The notes under the pieces: model-generated
Database searches by the model: none
Seen by the model: the letters and a program-made list of their open reading frames with translations, nothing else
What the model was told of the DNA's origin: nothing
Shown here: positions 1 through 10,723 of the stretch, in pieces
Layout of the letters: the number at the start of each line of letters is the position of its first letter
Numbering within the stretch: the stretch's first letter is position 1
Made by a program: the position numbers and the translations under genes
Assembly: GCF_001194135.2 (NCBI RefSeq)
Contig: NC_068982.1
Span: 170,284,678-170,317,239 of the forward strand
Source: Octopus bimaculoides
Lineage: Eukaryota
DNA: 32,562 nucleotides
Direction: 5' to 3'

Positions 1-74
1 ATATATATATATATATATAGCTATATAGCTATGCCTTTATGTGCCCTTGTGTTTAAATTTTTCTGCAGTACAGC

Positions 75-270
75 TTGACAACTGGTGTTGGTTCGTATAT
101 GTACCATCCCAATCAAAAGCACATAGGGGTTCAGTAAACAGAGACCGATGAAGTAACTAATAGTTTCAAAGTAAATAAGTAATGGGGAAGGTTTTCCCAC
201 TAAACCTTCAATGAGGTGCCCCAGCATGGCAGCAATCCAATCACTGAATCAGACAACAGACAAAAGATAG
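75..270 (+). mobile_element. Decayed SINE-like interspersed repeat (3' module)
   Basis: ACTGGTGTTGGT...GAGACCGAT...GGTGCCCCAGCATGGC resembles an abundant octopus repeat recalled from memory. Reverse-orientation fragments of the same module (GCTGGAGCACC) occur at ~7160-7195 and ~15465-15510. Confidence 0.5.
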
Positions 271-473
271 GGAAAAGTTTGACATTCACCAATCCGTGCA
301 CACGTCTAACACACTGGAAAGACACAGAAGTATACGTGGTTTAAAAAAAAACATGCTAAAAAACAACAGTAGTCAAATATAACATGGCTGGAAAGTAATT
401 ATAATGTAGGCTATATAACTGGCCGGGTAACATACACTCTCTGTATGGTAACAAACGGTATTTTTTCTATGAG

Positions 474-507
<34 letters not shown>

Positions 508-586
508 CATATATGTGTGTGTCTGTGTATGCGTGCGTGTGTGTGTGTGTGTATGTGTGTGTGTATGTGTGTGTGTGTGTGTGTGT
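474..586. repeat. Compound microsatellite (CATA)n/(GT)n
   Basis: Seen directly. Confidence 0.95.
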
Positions 587-1005
587 CAGTGTATCTGATA
601 AAAAATTAAGTAAAATAATTAGAAAAACATGTAAAAAACCTTTTGCGAATCTATTTCGCCTGTTTATTTATAAAGTAAATGTGTATGTATGCATGTATTG
701 AGATATGTATCTATATGTATGTAAATACAAACACGCGCCTATAAACAGACATAGCCCCCACACAAACACGCAAGAACACGCACACGCACACGCACACACA
801 CATATACATTCATACGCATGCGCTAGTATTTCTGCAACGGCAGTGAGCAGTCACGTCAGTAAATGTAGAAGGACACTTTTTTGATAACATTTAATTGAAT
901 TAAATTCAGTCTTCCTAACCAAACAAACGACTGTTTACTCTTTTAGTATTTGTTACGGCTTTCTATTTGTTACTATAAACCAAATGAGAATCAGAGAAAC
1001 AGATA

Positions 1006-1009
<4 letters not shown>

Positions 1010-1072
<63 letters not shown>

Positions 1073-1109
1073 TGAGAGAGAGGGGGAGAGGAGAAGAGAG
1101 AGGGAGAGA
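1010..1109. repeat. (AG)n microsatellite
   Basis: Seen directly. Confidence 0.95.
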
Positions 1110-1310
1110 AAATGAGTAGAGATTTAATCTATAACTAATACCTTCTGGGCATTTTAGAATAGACACCAATACATACATCCACTCACACGGGCATATATAT
1201 GTGTGTGTGTATGTGTGTGTGTATGAGTGTGAGTATGTGTGTGTATATGTCAGTATGTAAGTATGTAATCATACACACACGCATATATACATATACATAT
1301 ATACATATAC

Positions 1311-1348
<38 letters not shown>

Positions 1349-2129
1349 NNNNNNNNNNNNNNNNNNNNNNNNNNNNNNNNNNNNNNNNNNNNNNNNNNNN
1401 NNNNNNNNNNNNNNNNNNNNNNNNNNNNNNNNNNNNNNNNNNNNNNNNNNNNNNNNNNNNNNNNNNNNNNNNNNNNNNNNNNNNNNNNNNNNNNNNNNNN
1501 NNNNNNNNNNNNNNNNNNNNNNNNNNNNNNNNNNNNNNNNNNNNNNNNNNNNNNNNNNNNNNNNNNNNNNNNNNNNNNNNNNNNNNNNNNNNNNNNNNNN
1601 NNNNNNNNNNNNNNNNNNNNNNNNNNNNNNNNNNNNNNNNNNNNNNNNNNNNNNNNNNNNNNNNNNNNNNNNNNNNNNNNNNNNNNNNNNNNNNNNNNNN
1701 NNNNNNNNNNNNNNNNNNNNNNNNNNNNNNNNNNNNNNNNNNNNNNNNNNNNNNNNNNNNNNNNNNNNNNNNNNNNNNNNNNNNNNNNNNNNNNNNNNNN
1801 NNNNNNNNNNNNNNNNNNNNNNNNNNNNNNNNNNNNNNNNNNNNNNNNNNNNNNNNNNNNNNNNNNNNNNNNNNNNNNNNNNNNNNNNNNNNNNNNNNNN
1901 NNNNNNNNNNNNNNNNNNNNNNNNNNNNNNNNNNNNNNNNNNNNNNNNNNNNNNNNNNNNNNNNNNNNNNNNNNNNNNNNNNNNNNNNNNNNNNNNNNNN
2001 NNNNNNNNNNNNNNNNNNNNNNNNNNNNNNNNNNNNNNNNNNNNNNNNNNNNNNNNNNNNNNNNNNNNNNNNNNNNNNNNNNNNNNNNNNNNNNNNNNNN
2101 NNNNNNNNNNNNNNNNNNNNNNNNNNNNN
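1349..2129. other. Assembly gap (one of nine)
   Basis: N-run. The others are 2868-3091, 7265-7850, 9954-9963, 12865-12874, 21357-21542, 26272-26965, 27823-28446 and 29365-29796. Most abut (TA)n or (CA)n tracts, typical of short-read scaffolds. Confidence 0.99.
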
Positions 2130-3091
2130 TATATATATATATACATACGTATACGTATACACACGCGCACACACGCACAACTACACCCATCACTAACAGT
2201 AAAAATAGAGCTGAAAATCCTATGTTACAGATTGTTAGATTACCGACCAATGCCTGGTCTTTTTAGTATGTTATGTTTGTTTCCTTTCTTTCTCTTTTTG
2301 TGTTGGAGACTTGGAGAATGGAATATATTTAACAATGACCGGGCTTTCAATACAACTACGTCTTTTATATCATTATAGTTTGTGATTTCGTTCATTTATT
2401 TCTTTGGCGTTTTAATACATAACAAAATCATTGAAATTTCTTGGGAAATTCATAGTAATGAAGCAACAACGCCGAAAGAAACAACGACCAACAAAGCGCT
2501 TTCTGAACGAAAAGTATATATGTATTTGTGAACACTGAAAAAGTGCTAACTCTGGGTCTGCTTTGATTATCGAAACTGCGTAAATAATCCTGATGGGCAG
2601 GTGACTATTTAAATTTTTTTTCTGGGATTTCTTAATACACAAATTCATTCATAATAAATGCACCTGAAAATATGCACTCATATACACTCGCACGCGCGTA
2701 TAGGTATTCAGGCACATATGTATGTTACATATATACATATACTCTCAGATATATATGTAAAGTTAAAGTAATGCAAGGGTAATTGCATGTGTGTATGCGT
2801 TTGTACTTGTGTATATGTCTATGCAGGAATTACTATATATATTTTAGTGCATACACATGTATATATANNNNNNNNNNNNNNNNNNNNNNNNNNNNNNNNN
2901 NNNNNNNNNNNNNNNNNNNNNNNNNNNNNNNNNNNNNNNNNNNNNNNNNNNNNNNNNNNNNNNNNNNNNNNNNNNNNNNNNNNNNNNNNNNNNNNNNNNN
3001 NNNNNNNNNNNNNNNNNNNNNNNNNNNNNNNNNNNNNNNNNNNNNNNNNNNNNNNNNNNNNNNNNNNNNNNNNNNNNNNNNNNNNNNNNNN

Positions 3092-3129
<38 letters not shown>

Positions 3130-3252
3130 GATGTATATATATGTATTATATATATATATATAAATATATATACATATATATATATTATATGCATATATAT
3201 GTAGATATATATATTCATATATATATACATATATATGTGCATGTACATATAC

Positions 3253-3296
<44 letters not shown>

Positions 3297-3499
3297 GTGT
3301 GTGTGTGTGTGTGTGTGTATGTATATATGTATATTGGCATATATGCAACATACATACACAAACATACGCATACATAGTGTGATATCATTTCTATTCTCAA
3401 CGCTTGATTCAAAATACGACTCCATTTTCAAAATTACTTGTTTTAAAGATGTGAAGTATTTTAGTGTGGGACCTTTACAGACTCGGATTCTTTTTCAGA

Positions 3500-4130
3500 A
3501 CTAAATATGATACACATAACTCTATCGAACAGACAAAAAATATGTAAAAATAAGGCTCAACGATATGCAAGCAAGCTAGGAAATCCAAATGTAGACAATC
3601 ACTGGAAAGAATTCGTTGTACTAAATACCTCAGGCTCTCCAGCTAACCACACAAAAAATTATAATAGCATGAACCAAATGCACAGAAGCTATAGAAATAA
3701 TTAACACGTTACCAAAACCTCATAAATCAGAAATTCCATTGCACTCTATCATAAACTAACACTAATGATATAGTAAAATTAAAAACCAACAAACAAAAAA
3801 CAAAAAAATAGAGAAATTATAATGTATTCGGGCATATGAATATTTTGCAAATGATCAATGAAATCTATAAATTTTATTGCAAACGTGGAAGTTGTAAAGT
3901 TCATGAATTTTACTATTAAAAATGGTTATACGGGAACGACATTTTCTCAACGGTTCAACATGCATTTATTTCGCAAAAATAATTGCAATGCACTAAATCA
4001 CACAATATGAGAGAGACTAGAAAGGAAATTCAACCATATAATATAGAATTTTCCCTCCAAACTATATTAATTATGGAAGCAATATTAAATGGTGCAATAG
4101 AATGCAAAATTCAACACAGGTAATGTTCGT
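3500..4130 (+). mobile_element. Decayed Penelope-like retroelement ORF (RT C-terminal linker plus GIY-YIG endonuclease)
   Basis: Hand translation across frameshifts gives NQMHRSY (3672-3692), IYKFYCKRGSC (from 3863), YTGTTFSQRFNMHL (3927-3968) and LIMEAIL (4067-4087). Order and content match the PLE pattern NQMHxNY...VYKFxC...C...YIGxTTTTLSRRLTMHL...LxIxEALxI as I recall it. Confidence 0.7.
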
Positions 4131-4726
4131 GAGAAACAATCAAAAAATTGAATCCTCGACACAAAGCGATTACCCGATTGATGCAACTCGAGCCACCACC
4201 ATGCCCCCCCCCAAAAAAAAACACTAACAAAGAACAAAATGGAATGAATACTAAAAACAAACAACCGGGTAATAAAGTTACTATTAATATAACCACACAC
4301 TTATGACTTTGATTCTACACGCAAATTTTATATGACTCATGAAAAAGATATGCTCATAAGTTATTAAAGATATGAATTATATCATGGTCGTATTTAAAAT
4401 ACATGGGTCTACGTGTCACTCATGTGCGTCACTGGTAATATGAATACTGCTGAAGTCTGTTGGATAGTCAGGAGTGACTTGTAAGAAGGGTTGCTAAAAA
4501 CAAACAGGAGAAAAAGATAATACCTGCCAAAAGTGTCCGCCACCCAAGAATTATTACATATATACATATACATAATCACGCACATGTATACATATACAGT
4601 TATGTGTGCGCCTGTGTGTATATGTATGGGCTGGATGTAGATGTAAGAACATAAACATTTTGTGAAATATAATTCTACAGATGCAAACTCAAGACAACTA
4701 TCTATACTAAATACATATCTATTCAG

Positions 4727-4728
<2 letters not shown>

Positions 4729-4800
<72 letters not shown>
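4729..4800. repeat. (CA)n microsatellite abutting the inverted repeat
   Basis: Seen directly. Confidence 0.97.
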
Positions 4801-4804
<4 letters not shown>

Positions 4805-4966
4805 GGTAATGTTTTTTTGCCGTTATAATATGGCTGTTGTATAAAGAACTATGTTGCTACAGTTTAACCTCAGGAAAACGTCTTTTCTAGCTGGTTAAAG
4901 ACACACAGCCTGTGTCCGATATATTGTGAGTGAAGGAGTGAATCACTCCCCTCCAGCTTACCAAGA

Positions 4967-5011
4967 CCAGTAGACCATGGTTTCTGGGTCTTTACCCTTC
5001 ATCGGTACTGG
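4967..5011 (-). ncRNA. Type I hammerhead ribozyme motif (HHR-1a)
   Basis: Minus strand reads CCAGTA CCGATGA A GGGT-AAAG-ACCC A GAAA CCATGG TC TACTGG. Stem I 6 bp, stem II 4 bp, palindromic stem III ACCATGGT, GUC cleavage triplet. Deviations from the canonical core: U4C and single extra As flanking stem II. Confidence 0.8.
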
Positions 5012-5343
5012 ACACCTGCTTGCTAGAGATGGCAGCCAATCATCCCTACTCACAATATGTAAACAGAGACGCAGCAGACAGCCGCTGATCTCGTAACGAG
5101 CGAAATATCTAGTTCTAAAATCTCTAAACGAGACATAAATAGTAACAATATGAGACGGTAACGTGTTTTTGCCACTATAACATGACTGTTCCATAAAGCT
5201 GGTTAACGACACACAACCTGTGTCCGATATATTGCGAGTAAGGGAGCGAATCAACTCTTTACGAGGTAAGTGACTGTCTGCCGCTTCGCTCTTTATATAT
5301 TGTGAGTAGGGACGATTGACTTCAATCTCTAGCAGGTAGGTGT

Positions 5344-5388
5344 CCAGTACCGATGAAGGATAAAGACCCAGAAACCATGGTCTACTGG
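5344..5388 (+). ncRNA. Type I hammerhead ribozyme motif (HHR-1b)
   Basis: CCAGTA CCGATGA A GGAT-AAAG-ACCC A GAAA CCATGG TC TACTGG. Same as HHR-1a except one stem II mismatch (A5360). Predicted cleavage after C5382. Confidence 0.78.
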
Positions 5389-7849
5389 TCTTGGCAAAGC
5401 TGGAGGTAGGGTGATTCGCTCCGTTACTCACAAAATATCGGACACATGTCTGTCGTTAACCAGCTGGAAAATACGCTTTCCTCGGGTTAAAATGTAGCAG
5501 CATAGTTCTTTATAGAACAGCCATGTTATAGTGGCCAAAAAAAAAAAAAAAAAAAAGTTACCGTCTATTATTGTTACTACTTATATCTTCTTTTAGAAAT
5601 TTTAGAACTATTTTGCTCGTTTGGATAAAGAATAGTGCTGAATTTGAAGTTTTTCTTCATGCACCTGTCTTTTATAAATCTGGAAAGTGACAAAATGAGA
5701 GAATTGTTTTACTGACAATAGAAGTGGCCTGTTGAAGATTTTATGAACCATGTATCTAGAGGAAACCTCGGACTTGTAATATGAACAAAGTAAAGCGACC
5801 TAATCATATATAGTGCAGTTGATATACTTATTAATCGGGTCAAGATGTTTATCTTCGTTACGTATTTATTAAACTTCAGCGTCGACAAAGAATATTTCAA
5901 ATGTAATTTCACTAAGGAGTGATATATATTTTAAAGAAAGCGTGTAATTGCTCATTGATAACATATCAGAATGTTAGTGAGCGTACGTTTACATTTAAAT
6001 TATTTGGGATTAAGTTCACTACTCTAATTCACAATATTTATGGTACTGTTTCACTATAGCTGCCGTTTTGTAATTTTCGTTTAAGATAATGAATTGCTAT
6101 ATCATATTATAATTTTCAGTTAAGCAGAATTGATATTGATTAAGTAGTTATTGTTGGTACGATGCTGGGCCATTTAATATGTGTCTCAAATCGTTCTTCT
6201 TTTGCTAAAGAGATAAGAGATATTTAGATGTTTGGTTTGATCTATTTTGATAATGAGAATCAGGAAACTAATAAGTATCTATATTTATTGTTATTACCAA
6301 AATATCTTAAACATTCTTTGAATGAATAATTGATATTGCAACTTGCGAAGATAACTTCGTTTGAGTTTAAAATTACTTATTGATGCAATTTAAATATAGA
6401 AAGCGAATGAATGCTACAAAATATAGAAATCAGTATAATTAATACAATTAAATCAAAAATTATATATCATTTAGTCGTTATTAATGATATTGTTTGGCAC
6501 ACTTCAGACTTGACCGATTAGGACTATCTAAGGTACTAGAATATATACGATGTCAAATAGTGCCCATTTAATGTATTTACTAAATTTGTTGCACGTAAGT
6601 ACTACATGTCCCTCAAATCTTAGCCTCCGCTACTTGAAACAACAACGCATGTAAAAACATTTGTGTGTGTGTGTAATTTTATACAAAGGTATATAAATAC
6701 ATGAATGTATGCACGTGTACAAATGAAATATATAAGCACACAAATAGAAATATATATGCACACAAATAGACAAACAAACGCATATATAGATGACACACGT
6801 AAAAGTAAATATATGCGAATTATTACCTATTTGTTTTTTCTTGATTTTCTTGGATTTTAGAACTAGCTATTTTGCTCGTTTGGATAAAGACACAGAAACA
6901 TGCGTCTGCACCTCCCATCTTATCTCCAGAAAATATGCCCGTCTTCTTCCTTAATGGCTTGTCGACTTTGGGAAAGTTTTCATTATTGAGATTATCTCTA
7001 TTTCTTATATGTTACTGGACTTAATTGACAGTTATTAATTGTGAAACATCTTTTATTGTCGGAGACAATTTTAACAAATCTGGAATCTATGTCATATGAT
7101 ATTTGATATAAATGTATTCCTCCTTCCGTCCCCCACTCTCTCTTTATATATTCTTCTTACTCTTTTACTTGTTTCAGCCATGCTGGAGCACCATATTTAT
7201 TTATAATATATATGCGTATATATATGTTTGTACACATACACCCACACACACGCGCGCATATATANNNNNNNNNNNNNNNNNNNNNNNNNNNNNNNNNNNN
7301 NNNNNNNNNNNNNNNNNNNNNNNNNNNNNNNNNNNNNNNNNNNNNNNNNNNNNNNNNNNNNNNNNNNNNNNNNNNNNNNNNNNNNNNNNNNNNNNNNNNN
7401 NNNNNNNNNNNNNNNNNNNNNNNNNNNNNNNNNNNNNNNNNNNNNNNNNNNNNNNNNNNNNNNNNNNNNNNNNNNNNNNNNNNNNNNNNNNNNNNNNNNN
7501 NNNNNNNNNNNNNNNNNNNNNNNNNNNNNNNNNNNNNNNNNNNNNNNNNNNNNNNNNNNNNNNNNNNNNNNNNNNNNNNNNNNNNNNNNNNNNNNNNNNN
7601 NNNNNNNNNNNNNNNNNNNNNNNNNNNNNNNNNNNNNNNNNNNNNNNNNNNNNNNNNNNNNNNNNNNNNNNNNNNNNNNNNNNNNNNNNNNNNNNNNNNN
7701 NNNNNNNNNNNNNNNNNNNNNNNNNNNNNNNNNNNNNNNNNNNNNNNNNNNNNNNNNNNNNNNNNNNNNNNNNNNNNNNNNNNNNNNNNNNNNNNNNNNN
7801 NNNNNNNNNNNNNNNNNNNNNNNNNNNNNNNNNNNNNNNNNNNNNNNNN

Positions 7850-7911
<62 letters not shown>

Positions 7912-8249
7912 GGTGCGCGCGCGCGTGCGTGTGTGTGTGTGTGTAAGTCTGTATCTATGTATATATGTAAGACACTGTTCTAAATATTCTTATTAATGAA
8001 AATATATTAGAATTTTCATGATTATAATTCCAAGTAAATTCATAAATTGAAATATTGGTTCAAGTTTACAAATTATTATTTAATTTTAAGACGAGAAAGG
8101 AAAAGATAATTTTATTGACAAACACCAAGAAGTAATAATGTAAAATTTTGTTACTTTGAAATCGTTACTAGAAAATTGTTTGAAGATTGATGATTTCTGA
8201 ATGACCAGACTAAATAAATTTAGATGTAATAATAGTACACCTCATCCAT

Positions 8250-8390
8250 AATATTTATTTCTGACATAGGCAGAAGGCTTGACACTTGGAGGTGAGACAT
8301 ACTGTAATATATCAGCCCTAGTATTTCATTGATGTTGTCAAACTTGAAAGAAGTAAATATTTTTCATCGGCCGGATTTGAACTCATGTAC
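8250..8390 (-). mobile_element. Heavily decayed tRNA-derived SINE
   Basis: ATAGGCAGAAGGCTTGA...CGGCCGGATTTGAACTCA is a reverse-complement match to the tail and B-box of the 8743-8959 SINE. Confidence 0.55.
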
Positions 8391-8510
8391 TGTTTTTATT
8401 ATAAACATGATTTTTGTATACTTTTTCTATTGTTGCTGCTATTGGTCTTTGGGCTATGCTCCGAGTAGTTAAAATATTTAATCTTTTAGTTGAGTGTATT
8501 AAAACTATCC

Positions 8511-8730
8511 GGTGAACTGGCAGAATCGTTAGCAAGCCGAGCGAAACGCTTCGCGCTATTCTGTCTACCGTTACGTTCTGAGTTCAAACTCTGCCGAGGT
8601 CAACTTTGCCTTTCATCCTTTCGGGGTCGGTGAAATAAATACCAGTTACGCACTGGAATCGATGTAATTGACTTAATCTGTCCTTGTTTATCCACTCTAT
8701 GTTTAGCCCCCTGTGGGCAATAAAGAAATA
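8511..8730 (+). mobile_element. tRNA-derived SINE, tail type A
   Basis: A-box-like TGGCAGAATCG, B-box GAGTTCAAACTC, central GCCTTTCATCCTTTCGGGGTCG domain shared by many copies in this window, tail ...CCCCCTGTGGGCAATAAAGAAATA. Confidence 0.85.
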
Positions 8731-8742
8731 TATATTAAAATT

Positions 8743-8959
8743 AGCTGACAGAACCGTTAACACACTGCGTGAAATGCTTAGCGTTATTTCGTTTGCCGGT
8801 ATGTTCTGAGTTCAAATTCCGTCGTGGTCGACTTGGCATTTCATCCTTTCGGGGTCGATAAATTAAGTACCTGTTGGGTAGTGGAGTCGATCTTATGGAC
8901 TGGCCCCCTCCCTCCAAATTCCAGGCCTTGTGTCTATATTAATTAGAAAGGATTATATT
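8743..8959 (+). mobile_element. tRNA-derived SINE, tail type B
   Basis: Same head and core as 8511-8730 (GAGTTCAAATTCC, TTTCATCCTTTCGGGGTCGATAAATTAAGTACC), different tail (GGCCCCCTCC...AGGCCTTGTG...AGAAAGGATTAT). Confidence 0.85.
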
Positions 8960-9349
8960 AAAATTACCATTTTTCCTGATATTTTATCTGCCTTTCAGAA
9001 TCGGTATTCAGCGCATAAGGGGACATATTATAGGAAAGCGAAACGTCTAGGAATGCTCTTTCTTCATTTTTGTAACACCCCGATGATGTTTTGGGACATT
9101 TAGAATATTTTACTTAAAAGATTCTGGTTAACCTAAAGCTATAGTGAAACATTTCACATACTTGCAATAATATTTTTTTCGCAAATAAGTTTTAAGTCAG
9201 ATATTTTAGCGGAGCGAGCAGTACATTGCATCTGGAAATTAACTGGTGTTTACTATACGGACGCTCCATCACGAGTGTGGGATATTCAAACTGAACTTTC
9301 TCAGTTATTGTACTCATTCTGCCATATGGCACATATCTTAATAAAACGA

Positions 9350-9640
9350 TAATAATTATAACATAGGTACATGGTCACTAATTTTGCGTAAGGGTACTCC
9401 ATATACAACTTGAATCTGAAAGGACGAAGGCTCATGGCTAGCTTAGTACAATTTCAAGTCACAATAGTGTTGTGATAGATGATACTGTAAATAATTTTTT
9501 CCATCGCTCTAGCAAATATGCCAAACACTGAACTAATTAGATGCAGCTATAATAGTGTCTAACATAAGCATAATCCACAAATATTTTAGGGGTGATATAC
9601 ATGATTACATCAATCTCAGTTGTAATGTGTTACATATTTT
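9350..9640 (-). mobile_element. Two heavily decayed SINE fragments (~9350-9460 and ~9550-9640)
   Basis: AACATAGG...GAAAGGACGAAGG...AATTTCAAGTC and AACATAAGC...GATTACATCAATCTCAGT resemble the reverse complement of the SINE tail and core. Confidence 0.45.
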
Positions 9641-10018
9641 ATTCATTCTGGATAACACTAACTGCAAGACATTAAATATCTTCACATTAAATATCATTTA
9701 AATATAAATTTTAATATAGTAATGGTTTCTATCACAGACTTAAGTTTTTACGTTTTGCGAGAGGTCATAATTATCTTATCAGATCCATCTCTCCTCCAAA
9801 GGAAAATTTAAATGTACATTGTATTCGACATTAACTCATAGGTAAAAAAAAATACAAGATTAATTTTTTTAAAAAGACATAGGAGGGGGCGATGCATACC
9901 CTGCGTGCAGATGAATTTTTTCACAAATTATAATGTGGTTTACAATGCGTTGCNNNNNNNNNNTTGCTTATCCATTCTTTTTAATTGAACTGAATTAATT
10001 ATTTTTCCAGTATCCCCA

Positions 10019-10551
10019 TTATAGGTATTTATTCTCCGGTGAAATTAAGAAATGAATTCGTAAGTAAACGAAACCGTCCAATCCGTCACTGTACATACTC
10101 ACACACGCACACGCGCGCGCACAAACATACTGTCGCACATCTATGTATTTATGTATGTATGTACACACACGTGTCTATGCGCATAGGTACACCGTGATCT
10201 ATACACACGCAGGGAAGGTCTGACTCATATGAAAAAGAAAGTGAACAAAATGAAATACTTATAGAAAACATTGCATAGAATTTGAGAAGTGTTTTGAACG
10301 TCTTTTAATGATGACAGGTGAATTAAAAGTACTGTAGTTCATTGTAGGATATAAATAATATGACCACTTGTACATCAGGAAATTTGTAAGTTCGATTGTT
10401 TGATATTTCTTCTTAAGCATCACTTTTATAGGTATTCATACTCCAGTGAAATTAAGAAATCAACTCGTAAATAAAACGAAATCCTCGATTCTATTCTCGT
10501 ACACACACGCACACATACAGAATCGCATATCTATCTATTTATTTATGTATG
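10019..10551. repeat. Diverged direct repeat, ~140 bp copies at 10019 and 10426 (407 bp apart)
   Basis: TTATAGGTATTtATtCTCCgGTGAAATTAAGAAATgAAtTCGTAAgTAAACGAAA at 10019 versus TTATAGGTATTcATaCTCCaGTGAAATTAAGAAATcAAcTCGTAAaTAAAACGAAA at 10426. Similarity continues through the CA tracts. Confidence 0.8.
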
Positions 10552-10554
10552 TTT

Positions 10555-10722
10555 GAAGATTATAAACCAAATTTTCAACATTTCGAGCCAGTTACCCAAT
10601 GAGTATATCTGCCAAATTTGTTGAAAATCCGTTCAGCCGTTTTTCAGTAATTTTGCAAACACACAAACAAACAAAGATTAGTGATTACAATACCCTGCTT
10701 TCGCTTATGTGCGCAAGGTAAA
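10555..10722 (+). mobile_element. Helentron/DINE-1-like non-autonomous element, 3' portion
   Basis: CCAAATTTGTTGAAAATCCGTTCAGCCGTTTT, then a CAAA tetramer run, then GATTACAATACCCTGC...GCAAGGTAAAT with a TACCcTGC/GCAaGGTA stem (7 of 8 pairs). This matches the DINE-1/HINE layout as I recall it. Confidence 0.5.
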
Positions 10723-10723
10723 T

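Larger units (their letters stand above)
4801..5631. mobile_element. Fold-back structure of a hammerhead-bearing repeat (probable PLE terminal repeats): arm 4801-5100, partial direct copy 5096-5254, inverted arm 5254-5631
   Basis: 4801-5100 is the reverse complement of ~5256-5566 (about 82-86% by eye in the flanks). 5096-5254 is the reverse complement of ~5410-5620 with an internal deletion. Confidence 0.85.

Noticed and set aside
1183-2266. Long track ORFs here and at 2783-3431, 7112-7996, 21311-21661, 26244-27191, 27509-28586 and 29210-30098
   Set aside because: Open only because N-runs and (TA)n/(GT)n tracts contain no stops; translations are YI/CV/HT repeats.
4958-5431. 157-aa ORF across the inverted repeat
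   Set aside because: No recognisable domain; the region is explained by RNA structure and repeat geometry.
9036-9052. GAAACGTC resembling a hammerhead 3' half
   Set aside because: No CUGANGA box or stem II upstream.
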